A stretch of DNA of 64,000 nucleotides from an uncultured Planctomycetia bacterium (GTDB lineage: Bacteria > Omnitrophota > Gorgyraeia > Tantalellales > Tantalellaceae), in assembly GCA_964565425.1 (NCBI GenBank), contig CAZMEZ010000004.1, positions 24,907 to 88,906 of the forward strand, read 5' to 3'. The notes beneath the pieces are model-generated. The model did no database searches and had not been told where the DNA came from. It saw only the letters and a list, made by a program, of their open reading frames with translations. A program made the translations under genes and the position numbers. Shown here in pieces: positions 46,661-55,872 of this stretch (positions are counted from its first letter, which is position 1; every line of letters begins with the position of its first letter).

Positions 46661-47701
46661 ATGAACATAGAAAATCTGATAGACAGCCCGTTGAAAAAGG
46701 AAGGGGATATATGGTACGGCCCCGAGGGCGGGTACTGGTCCAACCTGGAGAGGTCCAAGAGTGAGATCTATCTGAAGGACCTGGAGGCCCTGGGTTCGAT
46801 GGAGACCATGAAAAAATATTTTCCGCAGCACGGGGACGTCATTTCCCTGAAAAGGATGGGCGGGGCCGCGACACTTGACCTTGCCCCGGGCGAAAAGGTG
46901 CTTGACGCGGGTTGCATGTGGGGAGCGCTCGCGGTGCCGCTTGCCAGGACACGGGCGGAGGTCATTGCGGTCGACCAGACCAGGGAAAGCATGCTGTTCC
47001 TGGCCAAAAGAAAGGAAGAAGAGGCCCTGGAGAACCTGCACCTGGTGTGCGGCGACCTGAAGGAAATAAAATTCAGGGAGAAGATTTTCGATAAAGTGAT
47101 CGTGAACGGCGTGCTGGAATGGGTCCCCGAAACGCAAACGGTCGAGGTGGGGAATTTTATCAGGCGGAAAAATCCTTTCCTCGAGAACCTGAAACTCCTC
47201 TTCTCGAAGCGGGAGAGAAAGGATTCCCCGAGGGAAAAACAGCGTCGTTTCCTGGGTAAGATACAAAGGGCGCTCAAGGATGACGGCACCCTTTACCTGG
47301 CGATAGAGAACAGGTACGATGTTTTTTATTTCTTCGGTATTCCCGAACCGCATTGCGGGATCAGGTTCATTTCGCTCTTGCCGCGGTGGGCGCAGGACAT
47401 CCTGTCGCTGCTCCTCAGGGGGAGGAGGTTCAGGTTGTGGACTTATTCGAAAAAGGAACTGGAGGACCTGTTGCGCGCGTCCGGGTTCTCGAAAATAAAG
47501 TTCCATTACGCTTTTCCGGATTATAAGGAACCGGAGCAGGTCTTGACGGATGAAGGGATGGAACTCTTCAGGTATTGCAAATCCGCGGGAGATAAGCCGT
47601 TCTATAAAAAGGCCGTCCTGCGGTTTATCGAGGAAGTCGTGTTCAAAAGGATGAAACTGACGTTCTTCGCGCCGAGCTTTATCGTGCACGCGGAGAAGTG
47701 A
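46661..47701 (+). CDS. Class I SAM-dependent methyltransferase
   Basis: VLDAGCMWGALA motif I. Start trimmed to the ATG after the upstream stop. The antisense ORF 46496-47689 is a shadow. Confidence 0.65.
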   Translation: MNIENLIDSPLKKEGDIWYGPEGGYWSNLERSKSEIYLKDLEALGSMETMKKYFPQHGDVISLKRMGGAATLDLAPGEKVLDAGCMWGALAVPLARTRAEVIAVDQTRESMLFLAKRKEEEALENLHLVCGDLKEIKFREKIFDKVIVNGVLEWVPETQTVEVGNFIRRKNPFLENLKLLFSKRERKDSPREKQRRFLGKIQRALKDDGTLYLAIENRYDVFYFFGIPEPHCGIRFISLLPRWAQDILSLLLRGRRFRLWTYSKKELEDLLRASGFSKIKFHYAFPDYKEPEQVLTDEGMELFRYCKSAGDKPFYKKAVLRFIEEVVFKRMKLTFFAPSFIVHAEK

Positions 47702-47868
47702 TAAGCAATAAGTGATAGGTGATAGGTAATACGTGGGCGAAAGGCTAGAGGCGAAATTGATTACGAAGATTTTGAAGTAGACGATAATCTTAGATTACGA
47801 AGATGTAATCTCCGCGATCTCATTTAAATCTCGTAATCAACGAAAAACGAATAACGCAATACGAATTT
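47702..47868. repeat. Composite intergenic heptamer-repeat element
   Basis: taagcaa/taagtga/taggtga heptamers, ggc-aga heptamers, then gaaattgattacgaagattttgaagtagacgataatcttagattacgaagatgtaatctccgcgatctcatttaaatctcgtaatcaac. Near-identical to 61585-61680. Confidence 0.7.
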
Positions 47869-47918
47869 AGCCGGGATCTTAAAGTTTACGGCTTACAGCT
47901 GACAAAGAAAGGTATGAT

Positions 47919-48803
47919 ATGAATATATTCGTGACGGGAGCGGCGGGCATGCTGGCCGAGGATGTAGCGAAGGTCTTTCGGAAAGAAGGACACCGGCTTA
48001 TTTTGACGGACATCAACAAGAGGCTCCCCGATATTGAAGCGCTGGATGTCGCCAATGACGCGGAAGTGCTTCGCCGGATAGAAGAGGCCCGCCCGGATTA
48101 CGTGTTCCACCTGGCGGCGGAAACGAACGTTGACCTCTGCGAGGAAGACCCGGAGCACGCTTACAGGGTGAACGTCAAAGGCACCGGCAACATCGCGCGC
48201 GCTTGCGGCCAGACCGGCGCGGCCATGCTCTATATCTCCAGCGGCGCCATTTTCGACGGGAAAAAAGACGCGCCGTACACGGAGGACGACAAGCCCGCCC
48301 CCGTGAGCGTGTACGGCCGCACCAAGCTTGAGGGGGAATACGAGGTAAAGGGTCTTTTGGAAAAATATTTCATTGTCCGTGCCGGATGGATGATAGGCGG
48401 ATGGGAACTCGATAAGAAGTTCGTGTACAAGATCGTCCGGCAGCTTAAAGAAGGCAGAAAGGAACTCAGGGTCGTGTCCGATAAGTTCGGAAGCCCCACT
48501 TTTACATGGGATTTCGCCGCGAACCTGATGGACCTGGTGAAAAGCGGCAAATTCGGGCTCTATCACATGGCGAATAAAGGCACCTGTTCGCGTTACGATA
48601 TCGCCGTAAAGATCGTGGAATTCATGGGGCTTAAGGGTAAGGTAAAAGTGACCCCGATAAGTTCGGACGAGTTCCCTCTGCCGGCGCCGCGGGCGCGTTC
48701 AGAGATGATAGAGAACCGGAACCTTGAAAAGCTCGGGATAAATAATATGCCGCGCTGGGAGGGATCACTGGCAAGGTATATCAGGGAGAATAAAGACAAG
48801 TAA
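47919..48803 (+). CDS. dTDP-4-dehydrorhamnose reductase-like NAD(P)-dependent sugar nucleotide reductase
   Basis: RmlD-family motifs (IFVTGAAGMLA, SDKFGSPTF). Confidence 0.7.
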   Translation: MNIFVTGAAGMLAEDVAKVFRKEGHRLILTDINKRLPDIEALDVANDAEVLRRIEEARPDYVFHLAAETNVDLCEEDPEHAYRVNVKGTGNIARACGQTGAAMLYISSGAIFDGKKDAPYTEDDKPAPVSVYGRTKLEGEYEVKGLLEKYFIVRAGWMIGGWELDKKFVYKIVRQLKEGRKELRVVSDKFGSPTFTWDFAANLMDLVKSGKFGLYHMANKGTCSRYDIAVKIVEFMGLKGKVKVTPISSDEFPLPAPRARSEMIENRNLEKLGINNMPRWEGSLARYIRENKDK

Positions 48804-48823
48804 GGAGACATTGTTACCGGAAC

Positions 48824-49759
48824 ATGAAGTTTTCGATCACCATACCTTTATTTAACGGCGCGAAATTCATAGCGAATACGCTTGATTCGGTCCTGGCGCA
48901 GACATACAAGGATTATGAAGTGATCCTGGTCAACGACGGTTCACCGGATAACATCGGTGAAGTGGTCCGCGAATACATGGGCGCGCACCCCGAAACGCGT
49001 TTTATTTACGTGGAGCAGGAGAACCGCGGGTTGGGAGGGGCGAGGAACACCGCCATAAAGCACGCTTCCGGCGATATCATAGCGATCCTGGACCAGGATG
49101 ACATCTGGTACCCGGAAAAGCTGGAGAGGGTGGCGTATATATACCGGCAGTCCCCCGAAGTCGACGTTGTATGCCACGGCCAGATAGTGCGCCGGGACGG
49201 GAAGGTGGTGCGCATTTTCGATCCCGGTCCGGACAACAATATTCACCGGAGGCTGCTCTTTGTCGATAACATGCTTTCCACCTCGGCTACGACCTTCAGG
49301 AAAGCCATTATAGATGAAATAGGGGGTTTTTCGGAGGACAGGGAGAACTTTCATTTCGCCGAGGACTATGACCTTTGGCTGAGGATGGCGGATAAAGGAT
49401 ACAAGTTCCGTTTCACCGGCGAGATCCTCGGCGAATACAGCGAACATGATTCTAATTTTTCACATAATCTGGAAGTGATGCTGGATAGCGAGATAAACGT
49501 TTTATTGAAACATTATAAGTCCTTTAAAAGCAAGAACTTAAAGGATATTTACCTGATGAGGAGGAACCTCGCGGTGGTATATTTCCGCATCTCGAGAAAA
49601 TATTTCCGGCAGAAACGCGCTCTTTACGGTCTCGGATACCTGACAAGGGCTTTCCTGCAGGACCCGTTTTTTATCGTGACATACACACCGCATTACATCG
49701 AGAAGTTAATGCGCAAAAGGGATCCGGAGATCTCGCTCGGAGAAGAATTCCGATCATGA
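48824..49759 (+). CDS. Glycosyltransferase family 2
   Basis: GT-A fold with VNDGSPD and DQDD (DxD) motifs. Confidence 0.8.
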   Translation: MKFSITIPLFNGAKFIANTLDSVLAQTYKDYEVILVNDGSPDNIGEVVREYMGAHPETRFIYVEQENRGLGGARNTAIKHASGDIIAILDQDDIWYPEKLERVAYIYRQSPEVDVVCHGQIVRRDGKVVRIFDPGPDNNIHRRLLFVDNMLSTSATTFRKAIIDEIGGFSEDRENFHFAEDYDLWLRMADKGYKFRFTGEILGEYSEHDSNFSHNLEVMLDSEINVLLKHYKSFKSKNLKDIYLMRRNLAVVYFRISRKYFRQKRALYGLGYLTRAFLQDPFFIVTYTPHYIEKLMRKRDPEISLGEEFRS

Positions 49760-51228
49760 AAATATTGTTCGTTTATCCGGGATATATCGTTAGAGAAGTG
49801 CCGCTTAACGTGATGTACGTGAGCGCGGCTATTGAAAAAGCCGGGCACCAGAGTCGTCTCTTTCACTTCAGTCCTTACCGCAGGCTTACCTGGACCAAGG
49901 ATGTCGCGGAAAGGATCGAAGAAGGTTTTCTGGAGATGATGAACGATTTCAAGCCGGATCTCGTGGCCTTCTCGGTAATGGTCCAGGATTATAACATAAC
50001 GAAATGGCTCTCCTGGCTTGCGCGTGATCGTTACAAATTACCGGTGGTATGGGGAGGCATACAGCCTATCCTTGAGCCCGACCGGAGCATAAGCGAACCC
50101 GAAGTGGATTACATATGCACGGGCGAGGGAGAGAGGGTATTCCCGGAATTCCTTGACCGGCTCCAGAGGGGCAGAGGATCGATGGAAGTGCCGGGTATCT
50201 GGGGCAAAGACGCCTCGGGAACGGTTTACCGCAACGGCCGGCCGGACTTGATCGAGGACCTGGATGAATTGCCGTTCCCGAACAGGGATCTTTTTGAGCC
50301 CGGGTATTACCGCGCGGAATTGACCGGGGCTAATATCCTCACGGCGCGCGGATGTCCTTTTCCCTGCAGCTTCTGCCAGAACAAGGCGCTGATAGAGACT
50401 TACAGGGGTAAAGGGAAGTTCATACGCTACAGGAGTTTTGATAACGTGTTCCGTGAGATGGAAGAGGTCATTGAAAAATACCAGGCGCCGTCATTCTATT
50501 TTTCCGACGAAATGTTCACGCTTAATAAGCAACGGGCGCTGGATTTCTGCCGGGAATACAAAAACCGCATCAATAAACCTTTTATGGTGCAGACCCGCGC
50601 TGATTACGTGGACGAAGAACTGGCGCGCGCTTTGAGCGGAGCCGGATGCGCAATGGTTAACATGGCCATCGAAAGCGGAAACGAACATATACGGAACAAT
50701 GTCCTCAAAAAGAGCATACCGACGGAAAAGATAATGCGCGCTTATAAGCTTATGGACGATTACGGCATGATGTCCAGCAGTTTTAACATGATAGGCGTGC
50801 CGGGGGAGACTTTAGATACCATCTGGGATACCATCGAGATAAACAAAAAGCTTAAACCGGACCGTATATTGTGCTCCATATTCATGCCCCTGCCGGGCAC
50901 CGAACTCGGTGATTACTGCAAAAAGACCAGGCTGATAACGGAGGATGTGGCGGAGACTACGAATTATTATTCACAGGTCACTATCAGGAATCCCAACCTG
51001 TCGGCGCGGACGCTTATCGGTTACCAGGGGTTTTTCGACTGGTTCGTGCTTCTCCCGACCAAATTCCACGGGCTGGTGCATGTTCTGAGGATGATCTATC
51101 AGGGGCTTGTTACGCCGAAAATACCCAAAAACCCGATAAAAAGGAAACTGAGGGAAATGATCGTTGAGGCGGTGTACCAGATGAAAGCTTATCTGCCTCA
51201 AAAGAAATTTCACGCTAAAACGCGTTAG
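49756..51228 (+). CDS. B12-binding radical SAM enzyme (class B)
   Basis: B12-binding domain and CPFPCSFC motif. Confidence 0.8.
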   Translation: MKILFVYPGYIVREVPLNVMYVSAAIEKAGHQSRLFHFSPYRRLTWTKDVAERIEEGFLEMMNDFKPDLVAFSVMVQDYNITKWLSWLARDRYKLPVVWGGIQPILEPDRSISEPEVDYICTGEGERVFPEFLDRLQRGRGSMEVPGIWGKDASGTVYRNGRPDLIEDLDELPFPNRDLFEPGYYRAELTGANILTARGCPFPCSFCQNKALIETYRGKGKFIRYRSFDNVFREMEEVIEKYQAPSFYFSDEMFTLNKQRALDFCREYKNRINKPFMVQTRADYVDEELARALSGAGCAMVNMAIESGNEHIRNNVLKKSIPTEKIMRAYKLMDDYGMMSSSFNMIGVPGETLDTIWDTIEINKKLKPDRILCSIFMPLPGTELGDYCKKTRLITEDVAETTNYYSQVTIRNPNLSARTLIGYQGFFDWFVLLPTKFHGLVHVLRMIYQGLVTPKIPKNPIKRKLREMIVEAVYQMKAYLPQKKFHAKTR

Positions 51229-51244
51229 TGAGCAGGGATATCTT

Positions 51245-52591
51245 ATGGCAAAAGTACTTTTAATATCACCGCCGTTCTACAGGCTGATGAGGAGCCATTA
51301 TAACGGCCTGGACCTGGGGCTTTCTTACATAGCTTCTTTTCTCAGGCGCGGCGGCCATGAGGTCGTCATATATAACGCCGATTTTTACGACGACGACCAT
51401 TACCTGGACCAGAGGCGGCTTTTCGCCAATTTCGATCATTTCAAGATCGCCCTGGATAACCTGGAACATCCGATCTGGAGAGAAGTCCGGTTCGCGATAG
51501 GGGATATCGCTCCCGACTTCATCGGCATACAGGTCTATACCGGGACCTTCATCAGCGCCGGGAATGTAGCCGCTATAGCCAGGGAGGTGGACCCCGTCGT
51601 GAAGATAATAGCGGGCGGGACCCATCCGACGCTTGACCCCGCGGGCACCATCAAGTCAGGGGTATATGATTACGTGGTCAGGGGTGAAGGCGAGCAGGTC
51701 ATGCTGGATATAGCCAACAACGCGGATCCCCGCGGGATCAAAAGCCTGACGTTCATAGACAGTGACGGGAAGGTCGTGAACAACGATCACAACGGGTTCA
51801 TCGAAGACCTCGATTCGCTCCCATTCCCTATGAGGGACGGGTTTTATCCCGCGAAGGGTAAGGTGGACGTGGGCGCCGTCATCACGTCCCGTGGCTGTCC
51901 TTTTGAATGCACTTATTGCGCTTCACCGCGGATATGGGAGAGGAAAGTGCGGTACAGGAGCGTCGATAACGTGCTGGCGGAGCTGGAATACATGGTCAAG
52001 GCCCGCGGCGTTGAGCTGGTCAGGTTCCAGGATGACACCTTCACCCTCAATAAGGCAAGGACCATGGAAATACTGGACAAGATGATGACAAAAGGGCTTA
52101 ACGTCAAGTGGCTCTGCGATACCAGGATAGACGTTCTGGACGCAGAGATGCTCAGGATGATGAAACGGTCGGGGTGCGTCAGGCTTAAGACCGGCGTGGA
52201 ATCCGGAAGCGATAAGATACTTAAGAAGATAAAAAAAGGCATCTCGGTCGACCAGGTCAAAAAAACCGTAAAACTTATAAAGAACACGGGCATACCCCTG
52301 ACGGCATATTTCATGATAGGTTTTCCCGGAGAGACGGACGAAGACATTAGAAAGACGATAGGGCTCGCCGACGAGATCAACGCTGATTACAACAGCTTGA
52401 GCATCGTCGCGCCATATTTCGGCACGCAGGTTTACAAAGACCTCATTGATTCGGGGTTCGATTTTACGAAGCCGCACTGGGAATATTTTTACCACCAGAG
52501 CAAGGAGATGATACTCAACGCGAATATTTCCAAGCATCTTATAGACGAATTTTTCAGTCTTAACGAAAAAAGCAGGGAAGGAAGAATATGA
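51245..52591 (+). CDS. B12-binding radical SAM enzyme (class B)
   Basis: B12-binding domain and CPFECTYC motif. Confidence 0.8.
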   Translation: MAKVLLISPPFYRLMRSHYNGLDLGLSYIASFLRRGGHEVVIYNADFYDDDHYLDQRRLFANFDHFKIALDNLEHPIWREVRFAIGDIAPDFIGIQVYTGTFISAGNVAAIAREVDPVVKIIAGGTHPTLDPAGTIKSGVYDYVVRGEGEQVMLDIANNADPRGIKSLTFIDSDGKVVNNDHNGFIEDLDSLPFPMRDGFYPAKGKVDVGAVITSRGCPFECTYCASPRIWERKVRYRSVDNVLAELEYMVKARGVELVRFQDDTFTLNKARTMEILDKMMTKGLNVKWLCDTRIDVLDAEMLRMMKRSGCVRLKTGVESGSDKILKKIKKGISVDQVKKTVKLIKNTGIPLTAYFMIGFPGETDEDIRKTIGLADEINADYNSLSIVAPYFGTQVYKDLIDSGFDFTKPHWEYFYHQSKEMILNANISKHLIDEFFSLNEKSREGRI

Positions 52592-53748
52592 AGATGGAGA
52601 TACCGTTACTGAGACTTCAGTACGATGAAGACGACATAAGCTATATAAGGAAAGAGATCGAGAAGGTCCTGAAGAGCGGATACCTCACCATGGGTTCCAG
52701 GGTAAGGGAATTCGAGGAAAGGTTCGCCGATTTTTGCGGGGTAAAGTACGCTGTCGCCACCAATTCCGGGACCAGTTCCATCGAGATAATACTGCGGGCG
52801 ATAGGGGTAGAGGGCTCCACCGTCATAGTCCCGTCCAACACCTACATGGCCACGCCCATCGCGGTGGTGAAAGCGGGCGGGAGAGTGATCTTCGCCGAAT
52901 GCCGCAGGGACGATTTTCAGCTGGACCCGGACGATATCGAAGGGAAGATACAGTCCGATACGAAAGGGGTGATCATAGTGCACATAGGCGGCATCATTTC
53001 TCCGCATTTCGACAGGATAAAAGAGATATGCGAGAAAAGAGGCCTCTTTCTGATCGAGGACGCCGCGCACGCCCATGGAGCGACGATAGACGGCAGGATG
53101 GCGGGATCTTTGGCGTTTGCCGGATCCTTTTCGTTCTACCCCACGAAGGTCCTTACTACCGCTGAAGGCGGCATGATGACCACGGATAGCGGGGAACTTT
53201 ACAAAAAAGCGCTTATTCTCAGGGAGCACGGTAAGGCCGACCATGATTTTAACGTCCATACGGAGTTCGGGGACAACTGGAGGTTCAGCGAGATACACGC
53301 CGTTCTGGGGATAAGACAGATGGAAAAAGCCGGATGGATCCTTGACGAAAGACGGAAGATAGCGAGATTCTATGATGAGAGATTGGCGGGAGCTGAAGGG
53401 ATCAGGCTCCTCGGCATCCCTTCCAACATAGAACCCTCTTATTACAAGTATATCGTCTATCTGGATGACAGGCTTAAGAGGGACGAGTTGAAAACGCTCA
53501 TGAAGGAAAGATACGGAGTTTCGCTCACAGGGGAAGTGTATTCAGACCCGTGTCACAGTCAGCCGGTATTCAGGAAATACCCGGATAAAATAGCGAACCG
53601 GGAAGATGACAGATTCCCCGAAACGGAGTACGTGTGCAGGCAGCATATATGCCTGCCGTTGTATCCCGGCCTTTCGGAGAAGGAAGCGGAATATGTGGTA
53701 TCGTCCCTTAAGGAGGCAGTGAATGAATGTCTTGATAACAGGCGGTAG
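52588..53748 (+). CDS. DegT/DnrJ/EryC1/StrS-family sugar aminotransferase
   Basis: PLP-dependent. AATNSGTSSIE region and lysine motif SFYPTKVLT. Confidence 0.8.
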   Translation: MKMEIPLLRLQYDEDDISYIRKEIEKVLKSGYLTMGSRVREFEERFADFCGVKYAVATNSGTSSIEIILRAIGVEGSTVIVPSNTYMATPIAVVKAGGRVIFAECRRDDFQLDPDDIEGKIQSDTKGVIIVHIGGIISPHFDRIKEICEKRGLFLIEDAAHAHGATIDGRMAGSLAFAGSFSFYPTKVLTTAEGGMMTTDSGELYKKALILREHGKADHDFNVHTEFGDNWRFSEIHAVLGIRQMEKAGWILDERRKIARFYDERLAGAEGIRLLGIPSNIEPSYYKYIVYLDDRLKRDELKTLMKERYGVSLTGEVYSDPCHSQPVFRKYPDKIANREDDRFPETEYVCRQHICLPLYPGLSEKEAEYVVSSLKEAVNECLDNRR

Positions 53749-54592
53749 CGGTTTTATAGGCAGCCATGTGGTGGATAAACTCATGGAAGCGGGGTATAAA
53801 GTGCGCGTGCTTGACGTCAAAGCGCCTTATCGCGATGACGTGGAGTTCATGAAGGGAGATGTCCTTTCGAGGCCGGTCCTGGCCAAAGCCCTGAACGGCA
53901 TGGAGGTCGTCTATCATTTAGCGGGTTTTTCCGATATAAACCTCGTGAAAGGCGATCCGGTCCGGACGATAGAATCCAATATTCTGGGCACGGCCTATCT
54001 TCTCGAAGAATGCCGTAAAGCGGGGGTGAAACGTTTTCTTTTCGCGAGCAGCGTTTACGCGCACAGCCGGAAAGGTCACCTCTATACGACCTCAAAACTT
54101 TCCTCGGAGATGCTTTGCGGGGATTACAACACCCTTTACTCCCTCCCGTATACCGTTCTGCGGTATGGCACCGCTTACGGGCCCCGGAGCCGCGAAGCCG
54201 ACGTCATATCGATCTTCGTTGAAAGGGCGCTCAAGGATCAGGATCTGGTCATCCATGGTTCCGGCGGCCAGAAAAGGAATTTTATATATGTCGAGGACAT
54301 GGCATCGGGAAGCGTAGCGGCATTAAAAAAGGGGGGCGAGAATAAAACGTATGTTTTCGCGGGCACCGAGACCGTTTCTATCCGGAGCCTGGCTGAGATC
54401 GTGAAGGGCGAAATAAATGACCGGGTGAAGATACTGTTGGATGTTTCCGGGGAAAGGGAGGACGATTACCAGGGCGAGCTCGATGGCCTGGAAAAGACCA
54501 TCGCCGAGTTGGACTGGACGCCGGCGACTTCCCTGCCGGAGGGTATACGGAAGTACGGCGAGTGGTACAGCAGCAAGTATTCGTTGAAATGA
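53723..54592 (+). CDS. NAD-dependent epimerase/dehydratase (SDR)
   Basis: ITGGSGFIGSH and YTTSK catalytic motif. Confidence 0.75.
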   Translation: MNVLITGGSGFIGSHVVDKLMEAGYKVRVLDVKAPYRDDVEFMKGDVLSRPVLAKALNGMEVVYHLAGFSDINLVKGDPVRTIESNILGTAYLLEECRKAGVKRFLFASSVYAHSRKGHLYTTSKLSSEMLCGDYNTLYSLPYTVLRYGTAYGPRSREADVISIFVERALKDQDLVIHGSGGQKRNFIYVEDMASGSVAALKKGGENKTYVFAGTETVSIRSLAEIVKGEINDRVKILLDVSGEREDDYQGELDGLEKTIAELDWTPATSLPEGIRKYGEWYSSKYSLK

Positions 54593-54614
54593 AAAACGCA
54601 GAGGCTCCTGAAAA

Positions 54615-55760
54615 ATGAAGATATGTTACTTGTCGAGCGTTCTTACCGTGCATGACAGGAGATTCCTCGTCGGATTGTCAAAGAGGAACACGGAGGTATG
54701 TCTCGTCACTTATTATGAAAACGACCTGCCCGCGGGCATGACCGCTATACCGGGGGTGAGGATAATACATCGCAGACCCAGGTATTTCCGCGATTTTCAG
54801 AAATATCTGTTCGCCGCCAAGGCGAGCGATTTTCGCGGCGTCCTCAGGGAGGAAAGGCCCGATATTATCCATGGAGGATACGCGTGGAAAGACGGGCTTC
54901 TGGCGGCGCTTTCGGGTTTTCACCCTTATCTCCTGATGCCGTGGGGATCGGATATACTGCAGGAACCCGGGAAGTCAAGGATATGCCGCTGGATGGTGAG
55001 TTACGCGATCGGCAAGGCGGATGCTATTGCCTGCGACTGCCGGGCCGTCAAAGAAAGGATCATGGAATTGGCGGATTATCCCGGGGAAAAGATAAAGATC
55101 TTTCCCTGGGGTATCGATCTAAGCCTTTTCAAACCCGCCGCCGGCATATCCGGGGTCAGGAAGAAATTGGGATGGGAAGATAGCAAGGTCATCATCTCGA
55201 CCCGTTCGTTCTATCCGGGATACGCCGTTGATACTCTCATCGCGGCCTTGCCCGGAGTTCTTTCGGCGGAACCTTCCGCTAAGATGCTGCTGGTGGGCGC
55301 GGGGCCGGAAGAGGGCAGATTGCGTAAAATGGTAGAGGAAAAAGGACTGGACGACGCGGTCCACTTCGCGGGAAAGATCTCGAACCCGGATATGCCGGAC
55401 TATCTGAAAGCCGCTGATATTTATGTTTCAAGTTCCGCGACCGACGGCACTTCGATAAGCCTGCAGGAGGCTATTGCCTGCGGCCTGCCGGTCGTGGTTA
55501 ACGACGTGCCGGCCAACCTTGAATGGGTAGAGGACGGGGTGAACGGCCTTGTCGCCAGGATAGGAGACAGCGGGGAACTTGCCGACAGGATGATCCGGCT
55601 TCTGAAGGATCAGGTGATGCGGGGATCCATGAGCGAGAATAATCTTCGCCTCGCGAGGGAAAGGGCTGATTGGGAAAAAAACTTTGACGAATTGCAAAAG
55701 GTTTACGCGGGACTCGTCGAGTCTTTCGCGAAAAAGAAAGAGGCCGCCCGGGCGCGCTGA
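54615..55760 (+). CDS. Glycosyltransferase family 4
   Basis: GT-B fold with the C-terminal E-x7-E region (LQEAIACGLPVV). Confidence 0.75.
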   Translation: MKICYLSSVLTVHDRRFLVGLSKRNTEVCLVTYYENDLPAGMTAIPGVRIIHRRPRYFRDFQKYLFAAKASDFRGVLREERPDIIHGGYAWKDGLLAALSGFHPYLLMPWGSDILQEPGKSRICRWMVSYAIGKADAIACDCRAVKERIMELADYPGEKIKIFPWGIDLSLFKPAAGISGVRKKLGWEDSKVIISTRSFYPGYAVDTLIAALPGVLSAEPSAKMLLVGAGPEEGRLRKMVEEKGLDDAVHFAGKISNPDMPDYLKAADIYVSSSATDGTSISLQEAIACGLPVVVNDVPANLEWVEDGVNGLVARIGDSGELADRMIRLLKDQVMRGSMSENNLRLARERADWEKNFDELQKVYAGLVESFAKKKEAARAR

Positions 55761-55811
55761 AATTTCGAAGCTGTTATATATTACGGGGGGAATTATTTTT
55801 GGCGGAGGGCC

Positions 55812-55840
55812 TTTAACTTTTTAAAATTAACGGTATAATA
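55812..55840 (+). promoter_or_regulatory. Possible AT-rich sigma70-type promoter upstream of the oxidoreductase gene
   Basis: TATAAT at 55835-55840 with a weak -35 (tttaac) 17 nt upstream. Lies in the only sizable non-repeat intergenic gap of the 3' half of the glycan locus. Confidence 0.3.
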
Positions 55841-55872
55841 AAACATCAAAAAAAAAGAAAAAGGAGAGTGGC

